Source of the DNA: Nitrospira japonica
GTDB lineage: Bacteria; Nitrospirota; Thermodesulfovibrionia; Thermodesulfovibrionales; SM23-35
Reading direction: 5' to 3'
Assembly: GCA_020725385.1 (NCBI GenBank)
Contig: DYFC01000034.1
Span: 8,339-72,338, forward strand
DNA: 64,000 bases
Shown piece by piece: positions 1 through 8,795 of the stretch. Numbering within the stretch: position 1 is the first letter of the stretch; every line of letters begins with the position of its first letter. A program made the translations under genes and the position numbers. The notes beneath the pieces are model-generated. The model did no database searches. It saw nothing but the letters and a program-made list of their open reading frames with translations, and was not told where the DNA came from.

Positions 1-666
1 TTCGAACTGGCTGACAATGGAAGCATATTCCTTGATGAAATCGGGGAGATGCCTTTGAATCTTCAGGTCAAATTATTAAGGGTACTTGAAAATGGTACTT
101 TCAGGCGTCTTGGCGGTACTACGGACATCAAAGTTGATGTAAGAATAATTTCAGCCACGAATAAAGATTTAAAAGAAGAAGTAAAAGCAGGGAAATTCAG
201 GGAAGATCTTTATTATAGACTTAATGTTTTCCCGGTAAAAATACCTCCTTTGAGGGAAAGAAAAGAGGACATTCCGCTTTTAATTGATCACTTCTTAAGA
301 AAACTATCCTGTTCTCAAAAGAAAATTTCTCCGGATGCAATGAAATTATTGCTGGATTACGAGTGGAAGGGAAATGTAAGAGAGCTTGAAAATACTATAG
401 AACGGATTGCGCTACTTACCGAAGAAAATGAGATAACTGTTAGGGATCTTCCTGCGGAAGTAACCGGTTATATTTCAAAAATAGAAGGGGTGCCTGTATT
501 TGAAGATAAAGGTGTAAATCTTGATTTAATAATTGAGGATATTGAAAAAAAATATATACTTAAGGCTCTGGAAAAAGCAAATGGAGTTAAGACAGAAGCT
601 GCGAAACTTTTGAATCTTTCCTTCCGTTCATTCCGCCACAGACTCAAAAAATACGGGATAACTTAG
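1..666 (+). CDS. sigma-54-dependent transcriptional activator (NtrC family), C-terminal part; 5' end outside window
   Basis: Reading frame is open from nt 1 (FELADNGSIFLDEIGEM...). AAA+ sigma-54 activator motifs are present (GTFRRLGG, RIISATN, EDLYYRLNV), with a C-terminal Fis-type HTH (TEAAKLLNLSFRSFRHRLKKYGI). Confidence 0.85.
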   Translation, partial: FELADNGSIFLDEIGEMPLNLQVKLLRVLENGTFRRLGGTTDIKVDVRIISATNKDLKEEVKAGKFREDLYYRLNVFPVKIPPLRERKEDIPLLIDHFLRKLSCSQKKISPDAMKLLLDYEWKGNVRELENTIERIALLTEENEITVRDLPAEVTGYISKIEGVPVFEDKGVNLDLIIEDIEKKYILKALEKANGVKTEAAKLLNLSFRSFRHRLKKYGIT

Positions 667-711
667 GGTTTACAAATAAGACTTTCAATTGTTAGTATAA
701 TATTCTTGAGC

Positions 712-804
712 GGAGAGGTGGCCGAGCCGGTCGAAGGCAGCCGCCTGCTAAGCGGTTGTGGGGGTAAAACCTCACCCAGGGTTCGAATCCCTGCCTCTCC
801 GCCA
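712..804 (+). tRNA. tRNA-Ser (anticodon GCU), long variable arm, encoded CCA
   Basis: Cloverleaf read by eye: acceptor GGAGAGG/CCTCTCC, anticodon loop CUGCUAA, long variable arm, T-arm CAGGGTTCGAATCCCTG, 3' GCCA. Confidence 0.9.
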
Positions 805-885
805 GAAAAACGGCGGATAGGCGAGTTGAGGAATTACAGAAAACTTTAATAATACTAAATGAATTCAACTTACAGGAGGAATAAA

Positions 886-1551
886 ATGAAGAAAGCTTTT
901 ATTATTGTGATAGGCTTATTATTAATATTTTCAATCTCTGCGTGCAAAAAAAAGGAAGAACAGCCACCATTACCTCAAACACAGGTTCCGATGATGCCGG
1001 GTGGAAATATGCCTCAAGGTCAGATGCCTCCTTCTCAAATGCCGCCTTCTCAGATGCCTCCAGCCCAGATGCCTCCTTCTCAAATGCCTCCAGCCCAGAT
1101 GCCTCCGGCCCAAATGCCGCCAGCTCAAATGCCTCCAGCAGGCCAGCCGGGCATGATGGGAAAAGTAAAAACTCAGGTTGTTGTTCCGCCTTCGGTAAAA
1201 GGGCAATGGAGTGGAGCAAAATTGATTATTGAAGATAAGACCGCTAAAACAAAACAGGAATATACAGTTAAGCTTAATAGTGATTTTACTATTCCTAATA
1301 CAAATTTAAAAATACATGTTGGTGATTTTCTACCTGAGATAAAATTTGAAGGAACAACTATTACATCGAGTTCAAATCAGCCGAATAATCCTGCTCTTAG
1401 TGTGCGTATTTACGAAAACAATAAACAGATTTTCCCTGACCCTAAAACCGGCAAACAATGGGCATGGCTTTTCTCAAAAGTGCCAACTATGCATGCTTTT
1501 GTGCACCCAAAATACGGAATTATTCTCAAGGAAGGCGTAAAAAAAGGATAA
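886..1551 (+). CDS. hypothetical lipoprotein with proline-rich QMPP(S/A) tandem repeat
   Basis: AGGAGGA RBS lies 6 nt upstream of the ATG at 886, so the track start at 859 is less likely. Signal peptide plus lipobox (LIFSISAC). Eight QMPPS/A pentapeptide repeats. No family recognised with confidence. Confidence 0.7.
   Translation: MKKAFIIVIGLLLIFSISACKKKEEQPPLPQTQVPMMPGGNMPQGQMPPSQMPPSQMPPAQMPPSQMPPAQMPPAQMPPAQMPPAGQPGMMGKVKTQVVVPPSVKGQWSGAKLIIEDKTAKTKQEYTVKLNSDFTIPNTNLKIHVGDFLPEIKFEGTTITSSSNQPNNPALSVRIYENNKQIFPDPKTGKQWAWLFSKVPTMHAFVHPKYGIILKEGVKKG
1021..1140 (+). repeat. 15-bp coding tandem repeat x8 (QMPPS/QMPPA)
   Basis: cagatgcctcc(t/a)(t/g)c(t/c) units read directly, in phase with the CDS. 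Confidence 0.9.
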
Positions 1552-1560
1552 TTTTATCTT

Positions 1561-1637
1561 GCGCCCATAGCTCAGCTGGATAGAGCGACGGACTACGAAT
1601 CCGCAGGTCGGGGGTTCAAATCCTCCTGGGCGCGCCA
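1561..1637 (+). tRNA. tRNA-Arg (anticodon ACG), encoded CCA
   Basis: Acceptor GCGCCCA/TGGGCGC, D-arm GCTC..GAGC, anticodon loop CTACGAA, T-loop GGTTCAAATCC. Confidence 0.9.
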
Positions 1638-1763
1638 GCTTAGGTTACACGGTTTAAATAGTTTACATGGTTGGCAGAGTTAAAAGATTGACAAGGCGGC
1701 AGGCATAAATACGTGAAATGTAACGTGTAAAATGTTTTTCAGTTACTTCTAAACCTTTTCTAT

Positions 1764-1789
1764 GTCATTCCGAACGAATGTGAGGAATC
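1764..1789 (+). repeat. solitary degenerate copy of the GTCATTC...GGAATC hairpin repeat family
   Basis: gtcattccgaacgaatgtgaggaatc shares the conserved flanks of the family seen at 7804-8009, 12363-12620 and elsewhere. Confidence 0.5.
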
Positions 1790-1854
1790 TTATTATTTCG
1801 AGAGTTCCTTTGACTATTTAACCGATAACTATTAACCTATTTTACAATATAAAA

Positions 1855-2724
1855 ATGCAAAATATAATTATTAACCTTAACAAACCTGTTAATATGTCCT
1901 CACAACAGGCTGTTACAAAAATAAAAAAGCTTTTTAATGCAAGAAAAGCCGGCCATTCCGGAACTCTCGACCCTATTGCGTCGGGTATTCTTCTTGTGTG
2001 TCTTGATGAAGCAACAAAAGTAACAAGATTTCTTTCTGATATTGAAAAAGAATATGTTGTAAAAATGAAATTCGGGGAAAGAACCGATTCTTATGATTCA
2101 ACCGGTAAGGTCATTGAAAAAAGACCATTTGATTTTCTTACCGAAAGAATGATTTTTGATACATTGAAAAAATTTACCGGTGCTATAAAACAAAAACCAC
2201 CTTTGTATTCTGCCATAAAAGTAAAAGGTCAAAGATTATACAAACTTGCAAGAAAAGGGATAAATATTGATGTTCCTGAAAGAACAATAAATATTATGGA
2301 AATACAAGCATTAGCTTTTAATCCACCTTTTTTTGAATTTAAAGTTGTCTGTTCAAAAGGAACATATATTAGAACATTATGCGATGATATTGGTATATCT
2401 CTTGGCACTGCCGCGCATGTGATTTCATTAATCAGGACGCGTATTGGAAGTTTTAATATACAGGATGCTTTTTCTTTTGGTGAGCCTGAAAATAAGTTAA
2501 TTAACGCAATTTATTCAATTGATTCGGCTATTTCCCACCTTGAAGAAATAATTCTAAATCCAGAAGATTTCAAAAAGCTCAGAAATGGTTTTCCTTATGA
2601 AATAACAGACAAAAAAATGACTTTTAAGACTCATTATATCAGGTTAAAAACTCCTGAAAATAATCTTCTTGGAATAGGCAAATTAGAGAATAATCTTGTC
2701 AAAATTGAGAGATTGTTAAACTAA
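1855..2724 (+). CDS. truB: tRNA pseudouridine(55) synthase
   Basis: TruB motifs GHSGTLDPIASGILLVCL..ATK, KPPLYSAIKVKGQRLY, KGTYIRTLCDDIG. Confidence 0.9.
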   Translation: MQNIIINLNKPVNMSSQQAVTKIKKLFNARKAGHSGTLDPIASGILLVCLDEATKVTRFLSDIEKEYVVKMKFGERTDSYDSTGKVIEKRPFDFLTERMIFDTLKKFTGAIKQKPPLYSAIKVKGQRLYKLARKGINIDVPERTINIMEIQALAFNPPFFEFKVVCSKGTYIRTLCDDIGISLGTAAHVISLIRTRIGSFNIQDAFSFGEPENKLINAIYSIDSAISHLEEIILNPEDFKKLRNGFPYEITDKKMTFKTHYIRLKTPENNLLGIGKLENNLVKIERLLN

Positions 2725-2772
2725 TTTATTAAGGTTTTTGGTGGATGTCCTTGTATTAAATAAAAAAAATAC

Positions 2773-2801
2773 TTGACAAGAATATTTTTTTTTGTAATTA
2801 T
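2773..2801 (+). promoter_or_regulatory. sigma-70-type promoter of the pil operon (TTGACA, about 17 nt, AATTAT/TAATTA); predicted start essentially at the pilM ATG
   Basis: Consensus -35 TTGACA at 2773-2778 and an AT-rich -10 at about 2795-2801. ATG at 2808 with no Shine-Dalgarno sequence between. Confidence 0.45.
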
Positions 2802-2807
2802 TAAGCT

Positions 2808-3845
2808 ATGTTATTTGGTGCAAAGAGCATTATCGGATTAGATATTGGCTCTGCGTATCTTAAGGTGGTTCAGCTTAAAGATACAAAAGCAGGCTATGAG
2901 CTTGAGCTACTTGATATGTTACAATTACCTCCTGAATTGATTGTAGATGGCTCTATTATTGACTCTATCCGTCTTGTTGAGGCCCTCAGAGAACTCGCAT
3001 CTAAAGCAAAAATCAAAGGCAAAGATGTTGTCATAAGCATGGCAGGACATTCAACTGTCATAATCAAAAGAGTTTCTTTGCCTGATATGTCAGAAGAAGA
3101 ATTATATGAATCAATTAAATTCGAGGCCGAGCAATACATACCTTTCGATATTGAAGATGTTAATCTTGATTTTCAGATATTAGGGCCAAAAGAAGAACCC
3201 GGTCAAATGGATGTTATGCTTGTTGCGGTTAAGAAAGATATTATTAACGAATATCTATCGGTCGTTAAAGAAGCCGGTTTTAATTGCCAGATTGTTGATG
3301 TGAATTCATTTGCGCTCGAGAATATATATGAAATAAATTATGAGATCGAACCCAACAAAAATATTGCGCTCATAAATATTGGCGCCAGTACAATAAATAT
3401 GAATATCCTTAAAGGTGGCATTTCAATTTTTACACGTGACAGTGCGGTTGGCAGCAATTTGCATACCGAAGTGCTCCAAAGGGAATTTAATTTAACCTAT
3501 GAAGTTGCCGAAAGACTTAAACGTGGAGAAGCGGTTGAAAACGTGCCGCCACAGGATGCATTTTCGGTTATGGAATTGGCATCCGAAGAAATAATCGGAG
3601 AAGTAAATCGCTCTCTTGAATATTTTCATGAAGATGTAAACGAGATTATTCTTAGCGGTGGTTGCGCTATTGTCAAAGACTTTCCTAAATTGCTTGCAGA
3701 GAAAACAGGTGTTGAAACAAAAGTAATACAGCCTTTTAAAAACATAAAAATACCTAAAAAATTCGATACTGCATATATAGAAGAGATCGCTCCTATTTAT
3801 GCGGTGGCTGCCGGACTTGCAATCAGGAGGCCAGGAGACAGATGA
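2808..3845 (+). CDS. pilM: type IV pilus assembly protein PilM (actin-like ATPase fold)
   Basis: N-terminal IGLDIGSAYLKVVQL, size and position ahead of pilNOPQ. Stop overlaps the pilN start (ATGA). Confidence 0.9.
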   Translation: MLFGAKSIIGLDIGSAYLKVVQLKDTKAGYELELLDMLQLPPELIVDGSIIDSIRLVEALRELASKAKIKGKDVVISMAGHSTVIIKRVSLPDMSEEELYESIKFEAEQYIPFDIEDVNLDFQILGPKEEPGQMDVMLVAVKKDIINEYLSVVKEAGFNCQIVDVNSFALENIYEINYEIEPNKNIALINIGASTINMNILKGGISIFTRDSAVGSNLHTEVLQREFNLTYEVAERLKRGEAVENVPPQDAFSVMELASEEIIGEVNRSLEYFHEDVNEIILSGGCAIVKDFPKLLAEKTGVETKVIQPFKNIKIPKKFDTAYIEEIAPIYAVAAGLAIRRPGDR

Positions 3846-4381
3846 TAAAAGTTAACCTGCTTCCGGTAAAGAGAAAGAAAAAAGCAAAGCCTTTGCCGAA
3901 GTTTATAATAATCTCCGTTCTATCGACCGTAATTGTTTGTATTATTATGGCTTATCTCGCATTTTTCTTTAGCTCTAAACTTTCACAGAAAAGAATTCAA
4001 TTCAAAGAAAATGAAAGAAAGATTGCACAACTCAAAGAACAGATAAAAGCTGTCGATGATTTCGAAAAGAAGAATAAGATGTTCAAGGAAAGAAACGAAG
4101 TGATAGAGCAACTCAGCAAGAACAGGAGCGTTCCTGTAAAAGTATTGACTGAAATAAGTTCACTTCTGCCGAAAGGTGTATGGCTGCAAGGCATGTCTGT
4201 CAACAACCAGAATATAAGCATAAACGGTTTTGGTTATACAAATTCAGAGATTGTTGCTTTTGTTGACAATCTCAAAGCTTCACAATTACTGACAGATGTA
4301 TATCTCGAAGAATCAAAGAGCGCGGAGAAAGAAAAAATATCGGTTTATACTTTCAAATTATCATGCAAGATAAAGGTATAA
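3842..4381 (+). CDS. pilN: type IV pilus assembly protein PilN
   Basis: IKVNLLP N-terminus, single TM segment, coiled coil, operon context. Confidence 0.85.
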   Translation: MIKVNLLPVKRKKKAKPLPKFIIISVLSTVIVCIIMAYLAFFFSSKLSQKRIQFKENERKIAQLKEQIKAVDDFEKKNKMFKERNEVIEQLSKNRSVPVKVLTEISSLLPKGVWLQGMSVNNQNISINGFGYTNSEIVAFVDNLKASQLLTDVYLEESKSAEKEKISVYTFKLSCKIKV

Positions 4382-4382
4382 T

Positions 4383-5009
4383 ATGGCATTAAAATTGAAC
4401 ATAAATCTTAAAAACATTCCAACATATTTAAAGGTTATTCTTTCTTTTCTCCCTGCTGTAATAATCATTATTCTCGTCGTATTTTTAATTATCCTTCCAA
4501 AACATAAAGAGATACAGGAACTTGAAACAAAAATAGCGTCGCAGGAAAATGAGATAGCAAAGAATCAGGCCAAAGCATCCAAACTTCCTGCATTGAAATT
4601 CGAAAATGAAAAACTCATGAAAAGACTCGAGGAACTTAAGCAGCAATTGCCCGAAGAAAAAGAAGTCAGCACCCTTTTAAAGCAGGTCTCTGATTTATGC
4701 ATACGTTCGGGATTAAAAGTCAATTTGTGGAAGCCGGAAGCAAGAAGAAATCACCCGAGCGGTATTGTTTATGAAATACCTGTAAAAGTTGAGCTTTCCG
4801 GAAGCTATCACAGTCTCGGATATTTCTTTAGTAGTCTAACAAAATTAAACAGGATAGTTAATGTGGCTGATTTCAAGCTTTCTGACCCAAAACCCGACAA
4901 AGGCTTTGCTGTAGTAAAGATAGCTTTTACAGCAACGACTTTCTCGTCTGTTCCGGAACAGGAAATATCCAAAGCAGGAGAAGCAAAAAAAGGTGAAAAG
5001 AAAAAATAA
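4383..5009 (+). CDS. pilO: type IV pilus assembly protein PilO
   Basis: Single TM segment, coiled coil, conserved C-terminal domain (VELSGSYHSLGYFFSSL), operon context. Confidence 0.85.
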   Translation: MALKLNINLKNIPTYLKVILSFLPAVIIIILVVFLIILPKHKEIQELETKIASQENEIAKNQAKASKLPALKFENEKLMKRLEELKQQLPEEKEVSTLLKQVSDLCIRSGLKVNLWKPEARRNHPSGIVYEIPVKVELSGSYHSLGYFFSSLTKLNRIVNVADFKLSDPKPDKGFAVVKIAFTATTFSSVPEQEISKAGEAKKGEKKK

Positions 5010-5514
5010 AATAGGTTTTGCTATCGCACTTTGTTTTTTAATTGCTTTTATTGCAGGCTGTAAGAAAGAACAGCCGGTAAAAAAACCTGCTGCTGAAAAA
5101 GTAAAACCTCCTGCAGTTGAGGTTCAGAAGCCTGCTGAAGAGGTTAAAAAGGAAGAACAACAGGAAGTTGTTTATGATGCAAAAGGTAAAAGGGATCCAT
5201 TCCTTTCTCTTGTGGAAATAACAAAACAAAAACCTGTAAAGAAAAGAGGAGCAAGTCCTTTTGAAAGTTATGACATAGATGAAATAAAACTTCTTGCAAT
5301 AGCATCGAGCAAGGAAAAATATTACGCCTTGATACGTCTTCCTGATAAGAAAAATTATACGATTACCGAAGGTATGACACTCGGTCTTCAGGGAGGCAAA
5401 GTAGAAAAAATAACAAAAGATTCTGTAATCATAAGGGAATATGTAAAAGATTACAGGGGTGAAATAAAACCAAGAGATGCAATTTTGAAACTCCATAAGG
5501 GGGATGAAGAATGA
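4993..5514 (+). CDS. pilP: type IV pilus assembly lipoprotein PilP
   Basis: Lipobox (FIAGCKK), Pro/Lys-rich linker, C-terminal beta domain, position before pilQ. Confidence 0.75.
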   Translation: MKRKNKIGFAIALCFLIAFIAGCKKEQPVKKPAAEKVKPPAVEVQKPAEEVKKEEQQEVVYDAKGKRDPFLSLVEITKQKPVKKRGASPFESYDIDEIKLLAIASSKEKYYALIRLPDKKNYTITEGMTLGLQGGKVEKITKDSVIIREYVKDYRGEIKPRDAILKLHKGDEE

Positions 5515-7787
5515 AGAAGATTTTTATAGATAAGAGAAGACATTTAATAAGACAGAGTTTCTCTCTTTTCAAGTTTAAACAATTTTATATCCTCAAAATG
5601 ATTTCGGTCATGTTCATGCTCGGAGCTTTGTTTAATTTCCTGGGTTGTGCTTCATCTGGAAACAAATCAGGAGAGACTTTAAAACCTGTTGAGCCAGCGG
5701 TTATAACGTCTATAGATATTCAGGATCATGCAATGATAATTACTGCCAGCAAACCTTTTATTTATACAATATATAAGCCCGGTGATCCTTACAAACTAAT
5801 AATCGACCTTCCCGATGTATCTGCCGGAACATTTACGAAAAAGATTGTAGCAAGAAAAAGCGGGATTACCGAAGTAAGCCCTTCACAGATCACCACACCT
5901 TCACCTCTCACAAGAATAGAGATGCTTATGCAAAGCCCTTATTCTTATGAGCAGGAATATAAAAATAATGTTCTCACTGTGAAAATAAAAGAAGAAACGC
6001 CGGCTGTAAAGGCAGAACCATTAAGCGATGTCAAAGTCACAGAACTTATTCAGGAGCAAAAGAAACCTGTTCCTGTTGTAGAGAAAGTTCCGGATATGCC
6101 TTCTGTTCCATCTGTGCCTTTGCCGGATGCAACAGAAATAAATAATATTTCTTTTGATCAATACGGCAGGGTTGTAAGAGTAAAGATTAAAGGTAATGGC
6201 TCGATGGTCCCGAATGTTTTTCCGCTTGAAAACAGAATTGTTATAGATATTCCGAATGTTAAGTTAAATGCAGCTATTCCTTCGGAAGTAATGTCGCCTG
6301 TAAAAGGGATTCGTTCAGGAAGATATGATGACAAAGTAAGGCTTGTTCTTGATTTACAGGAAGATACAAACTTCGATGTTGCATCGATAAGCGATTCTAT
6401 AATAATCAGTCTCCGGGGACGCGGTGAAGAAATACCAACTGCCCAGATGACAAGAAACATACTTGCCGAAACAGAGAGCGCAGAACCTGTTTCAGCGCCT
6501 GTAAAAGTGCCCGAAGCTCTTGCAGGAAGTAAATGTCAATCATATCTTGAAGGAAAAGAAAATGTAAACTTTGATTTTCAGGATCAGGACATAGTCCCTA
6601 TTCTCAGGCTTTTTGCAGACATCAGTAATTGCAATTTGTTTCTGCATCCGGAAGTTAAAGGCAAAGCCACAATGAAGTTCCGTGATGTGCCATGGAATCA
6701 GGCTCTCGATACGATACTAAAAACCTTCAGCCTTGATAAATCTGTTGAAGGAAATGTAATAAGAATAGCTCCGAATACTGTATTTACAAGAGAGAAAGAG
6801 GAGAAAGTCAAACTTCAGGAAGCTCAGGTAAAAGCCGAGCCATTGGAACAGAGAATTTATCCTGTAAGCTACGCAGATGTCGGAATAGTTGAAAGTGCTA
6901 TTAAGAAAGTATTGACACCAAGAGGCAGTATCAATGTTGACAAAAGAACAAGCACAATGGTTGTAAAAGATGTTGCTACTGTTTTCCCGGAAGTCGAAAA
7001 TCTTCTAAAAACACTCGACAAACCAACACCGCAGGTTTTAATAGAGGCAAGGATTGTCGAAGTTAATACAAACAGCGAACGAGAACTTGGAATCCAGTGG
7101 GGCGTTAATCTCAAGACAACAAATACACTTGCATCTATCGGCGGATTAAGCGGGGTACCTTTGCTTTCAACAGGACCTTTTACGGGTGGAAACTATCTTG
7201 TTGATTTCCCGGCAAAAGGAGTTGGTCCGTTGTCAGGTTCGGGGTTTACATTTGGGATAATAGACCCGGCGCGTTCAATAGGTCTTGATTTACAGCTCTC
7301 TGCAATTGAGACAATGGGACATCTCAAGGTTATATCAAATCCTAAGGTATTAACGATAGACAACGGCAAAGCAAAAATACTTCAGGGCAAAAGCATTCCT
7401 GTTAGAAAACTTACAACCGAAGGCACGGTATCAACAGAATTTAAAGATGTAACTCTTGAGCTTAATGTAACTCCTCATATAACACCTGATAGATCTATTA
7501 GCATGAGTGTAGAGATTAAAAAAGAAGAACTTGACCCAACAGTTCCATCTGTTGAAGGAGTGCCCGGTACCGATAAAAAAGAAGCTAATACAAATGTAAT
7601 TATAAAAGATGGCGAAACAATTGTTATTGGTGGAATGTATAAAGTTACAACAAATGATTCTGAATCAGGTGTGCCGGGGTTAATGAAAATTCCGATACTC
7701 GGATGGCTTTTTAAATCTAATAAGGTTTCATCAAATACCAGTGAATTATTGATTTTCATAACTCCGAGAATTTTAGATAAGCAATAA
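5511..7787 (+). CDS. pilQ: type IV pilus secretin PilQ with two N-terminal AMIN-like domains
   Basis: C-terminal secretin domain (VLIEARIVEV..., GVPGLMKIPILGWLFK..., ELLIFITPRIL). Two AMIN-like repeats (YKLIIDLPDV..., RIVIDIPNV...). The true start may be the internal M at about 5598, followed by FLGCASS. Confidence 0.9.
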   Translation: MKKIFIDKRRHLIRQSFSLFKFKQFYILKMISVMFMLGALFNFLGCASSGNKSGETLKPVEPAVITSIDIQDHAMIITASKPFIYTIYKPGDPYKLIIDLPDVSAGTFTKKIVARKSGITEVSPSQITTPSPLTRIEMLMQSPYSYEQEYKNNVLTVKIKEETPAVKAEPLSDVKVTELIQEQKKPVPVVEKVPDMPSVPSVPLPDATEINNISFDQYGRVVRVKIKGNGSMVPNVFPLENRIVIDIPNVKLNAAIPSEVMSPVKGIRSGRYDDKVRLVLDLQEDTNFDVASISDSIIISLRGRGEEIPTAQMTRNILAETESAEPVSAPVKVPEALAGSKCQSYLEGKENVNFDFQDQDIVPILRLFADISNCNLFLHPEVKGKATMKFRDVPWNQALDTILKTFSLDKSVEGNVIRIAPNTVFTREKEEKVKLQEAQVKAEPLEQRIYPVSYADVGIVESAIKKVLTPRGSINVDKRTSTMVVKDVATVFPEVENLLKTLDKPTPQVLIEARIVEVNTNSERELGIQWGVNLKTTNTLASIGGLSGVPLLSTGPFTGGNYLVDFPAKGVGPLSGSGFTFGIIDPARSIGLDLQLSAIETMGHLKVISNPKVLTIDNGKAKILQGKSIPVRKLTTEGTVSTEFKDVTLELNVTPHITPDRSISMSVEIKKEELDPTVPSVEGVPGTDKKEANTNVIIKDGETIVIGGMYKVTTNDSESGVPGLMKIPILGWLFKSNKVSSNTSELLIFITPRILDKQ

Positions 7788-7803
7788 AATATTTAAAAAT
7801 TTT

Positions 7804-8009
7804 GTCATTCCCGGGCTTGACCAGAGAATCCAGAAAGCACGGGACTGGATTCCCCGATTAAATCGGGGAATGACATTATTCTTGACTGTCATACCATGAC
7901 GTGATCGTGGTATCCAGTGATAAAGCTTAAAAACTGGATTCTTCAATCCCGCCATGAAAACGGCGGGCAGGTAAATCGGGGAATGACGTAAGGAAGATGT
8001 GACATCCAC
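7804..8009. repeat. repeat cluster A: four GTCATTC-hairpin-GAATCCAG units in both orientations, one with a nested hairpin, plus a GGATGTGACATCC palindrome
   Basis: Units at 7804-7833 (+), 7845-7874 (inverted), 7888-7917 (GTCATACC variant) and 7934-7987 (inverted, with cccgcc..ggcggg nested). Confidence 0.85.
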
Positions 8010-8015
8010 GATAAA

Positions 8016-8225
8016 TTGTGGAATTTAGAGGTAATCTTGAAATTCAATGAACTTATAAGATTACTCGAAGAAAATGGTTTTAGAATTATAAAAGAAAAAG
8101 GCGCAATAAGGTATTACGGAAAACCCGGATGGAAAAACTTGATCAGAGTTGATTATCATGGCTCAAAGGAAGTACCGAAAGGGACGTGTCATGCTATACT
8201 TAAAGCAGCAGGTATTAAATTATAA
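8016..8225 (+). CDS. hicA: HicA-family mRNA interferase toxin
   Basis: LIRLLEENGFRIIKEKGAIRYYGKPG...HGSKEVPKGTCHAILKAAGI matches the HicA/YcfA fold signature. TTG start at 8016, or an in-frame TTG at 8037. Confidence 0.8.
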   Translation: MWNLEVILKFNELIRLLEENGFRIIKEKGAIRYYGKPGWKNLIRVDYHGSKEVPKGTCHAILKAAGIKL

Positions 8226-8244
8226 CTATGGATGGAAAAAATAG

Positions 8245-8490
8245 ATGTTAGAATTAGAATATTCTCTAATAATAGAAGCGACGGAAGATCCGGATTTTTT
8301 TGGTTTTTATTCTCCTGAACTTGAAGGTTTCTCAGGGATAGGGCATTCTATTGAGGATTGTATATATAGGGCAAAATGGGGAATGATAGAGCATGTGAAT
8401 TTATTGAAAGAAAAAGGATTGCCTGTTCCACCTAAAAATCCTGAACCAAGAATAATAATACAGAATGAACAGGCGATGGCAACTGCTTGA
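8245..8490 (+). CDS. hicB: HicB-family antitoxin (short form, no obvious C-terminal DNA-binding domain)
   Basis: UPF0150/HicB-like N-terminal domain (YSLIIEATEDPDFFGFYSPELEGFSGIGHSIEDCIYRAKWGMIEHV), immediately downstream of hicA. Confidence 0.75.
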   Translation: MLELEYSLIIEATEDPDFFGFYSPELEGFSGIGHSIEDCIYRAKWGMIEHVNLLKEKGLPVPPKNPEPRIIIQNEQAMATA

Positions 8491-8533
8491 ATAAAATTAG
8501 GAGAAGATAAATATAAATAACATTTTTTAGTTT

Positions 8534-8748
8534 GTCATTCTCGGGCTTGAATGGATGAGAAAGGTAATAAACAACCCCCTGACCCCCTTAACAAAGGGGG
8601 AATAAGGTGTGGACAAAGGGATTGCCTTATAAATTCCCCCTTATAAAAGGGGTTTACCTTATTATATTCCCCCTTAGAAAAGGGGGATGAAGGGGGTTGT
8701 AAAAGGCTTTAAATTTTTGTCATTCTCGGTCTTGACCCGAGAATTATA
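8534..8748. repeat. repeat cluster B: composite G5/C5 module bracketed by two GTCATTCTCGG hairpin units
   Basis: aaccccctgacccccttaacaaaggggga ... gccttataaattccccctt ... ttaccttattatattcccccttagaaaagggggatgaagggggttgt. The element order is the same as at 12625-12877 and 15497-15797. Confidence 0.85.
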
Positions 8749-8795
8749 GTATTTTAAAAATAATGACTAATAATTTATAAATAAAAGGGGGTAAA

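Noticed and set aside
712-1637. tRNA-flanked segment considered as an integrated mobile element.
   Set aside because: There is no integrase, no duplicated tRNA 3' end and only one small lipoprotein gene. It is more simply a tRNA-mRNA-tRNA cluster.
1-8000. Search for sigma-54 promoters (TGGCAC-N5-TTGC) near the pil operon, given the adjacent sigma-54 activator.
   Set aside because: Only partial matches were found, and those lay inside coding sequence (for example within truB at about 2403). No convincing -24/-12 element was seen by eye.
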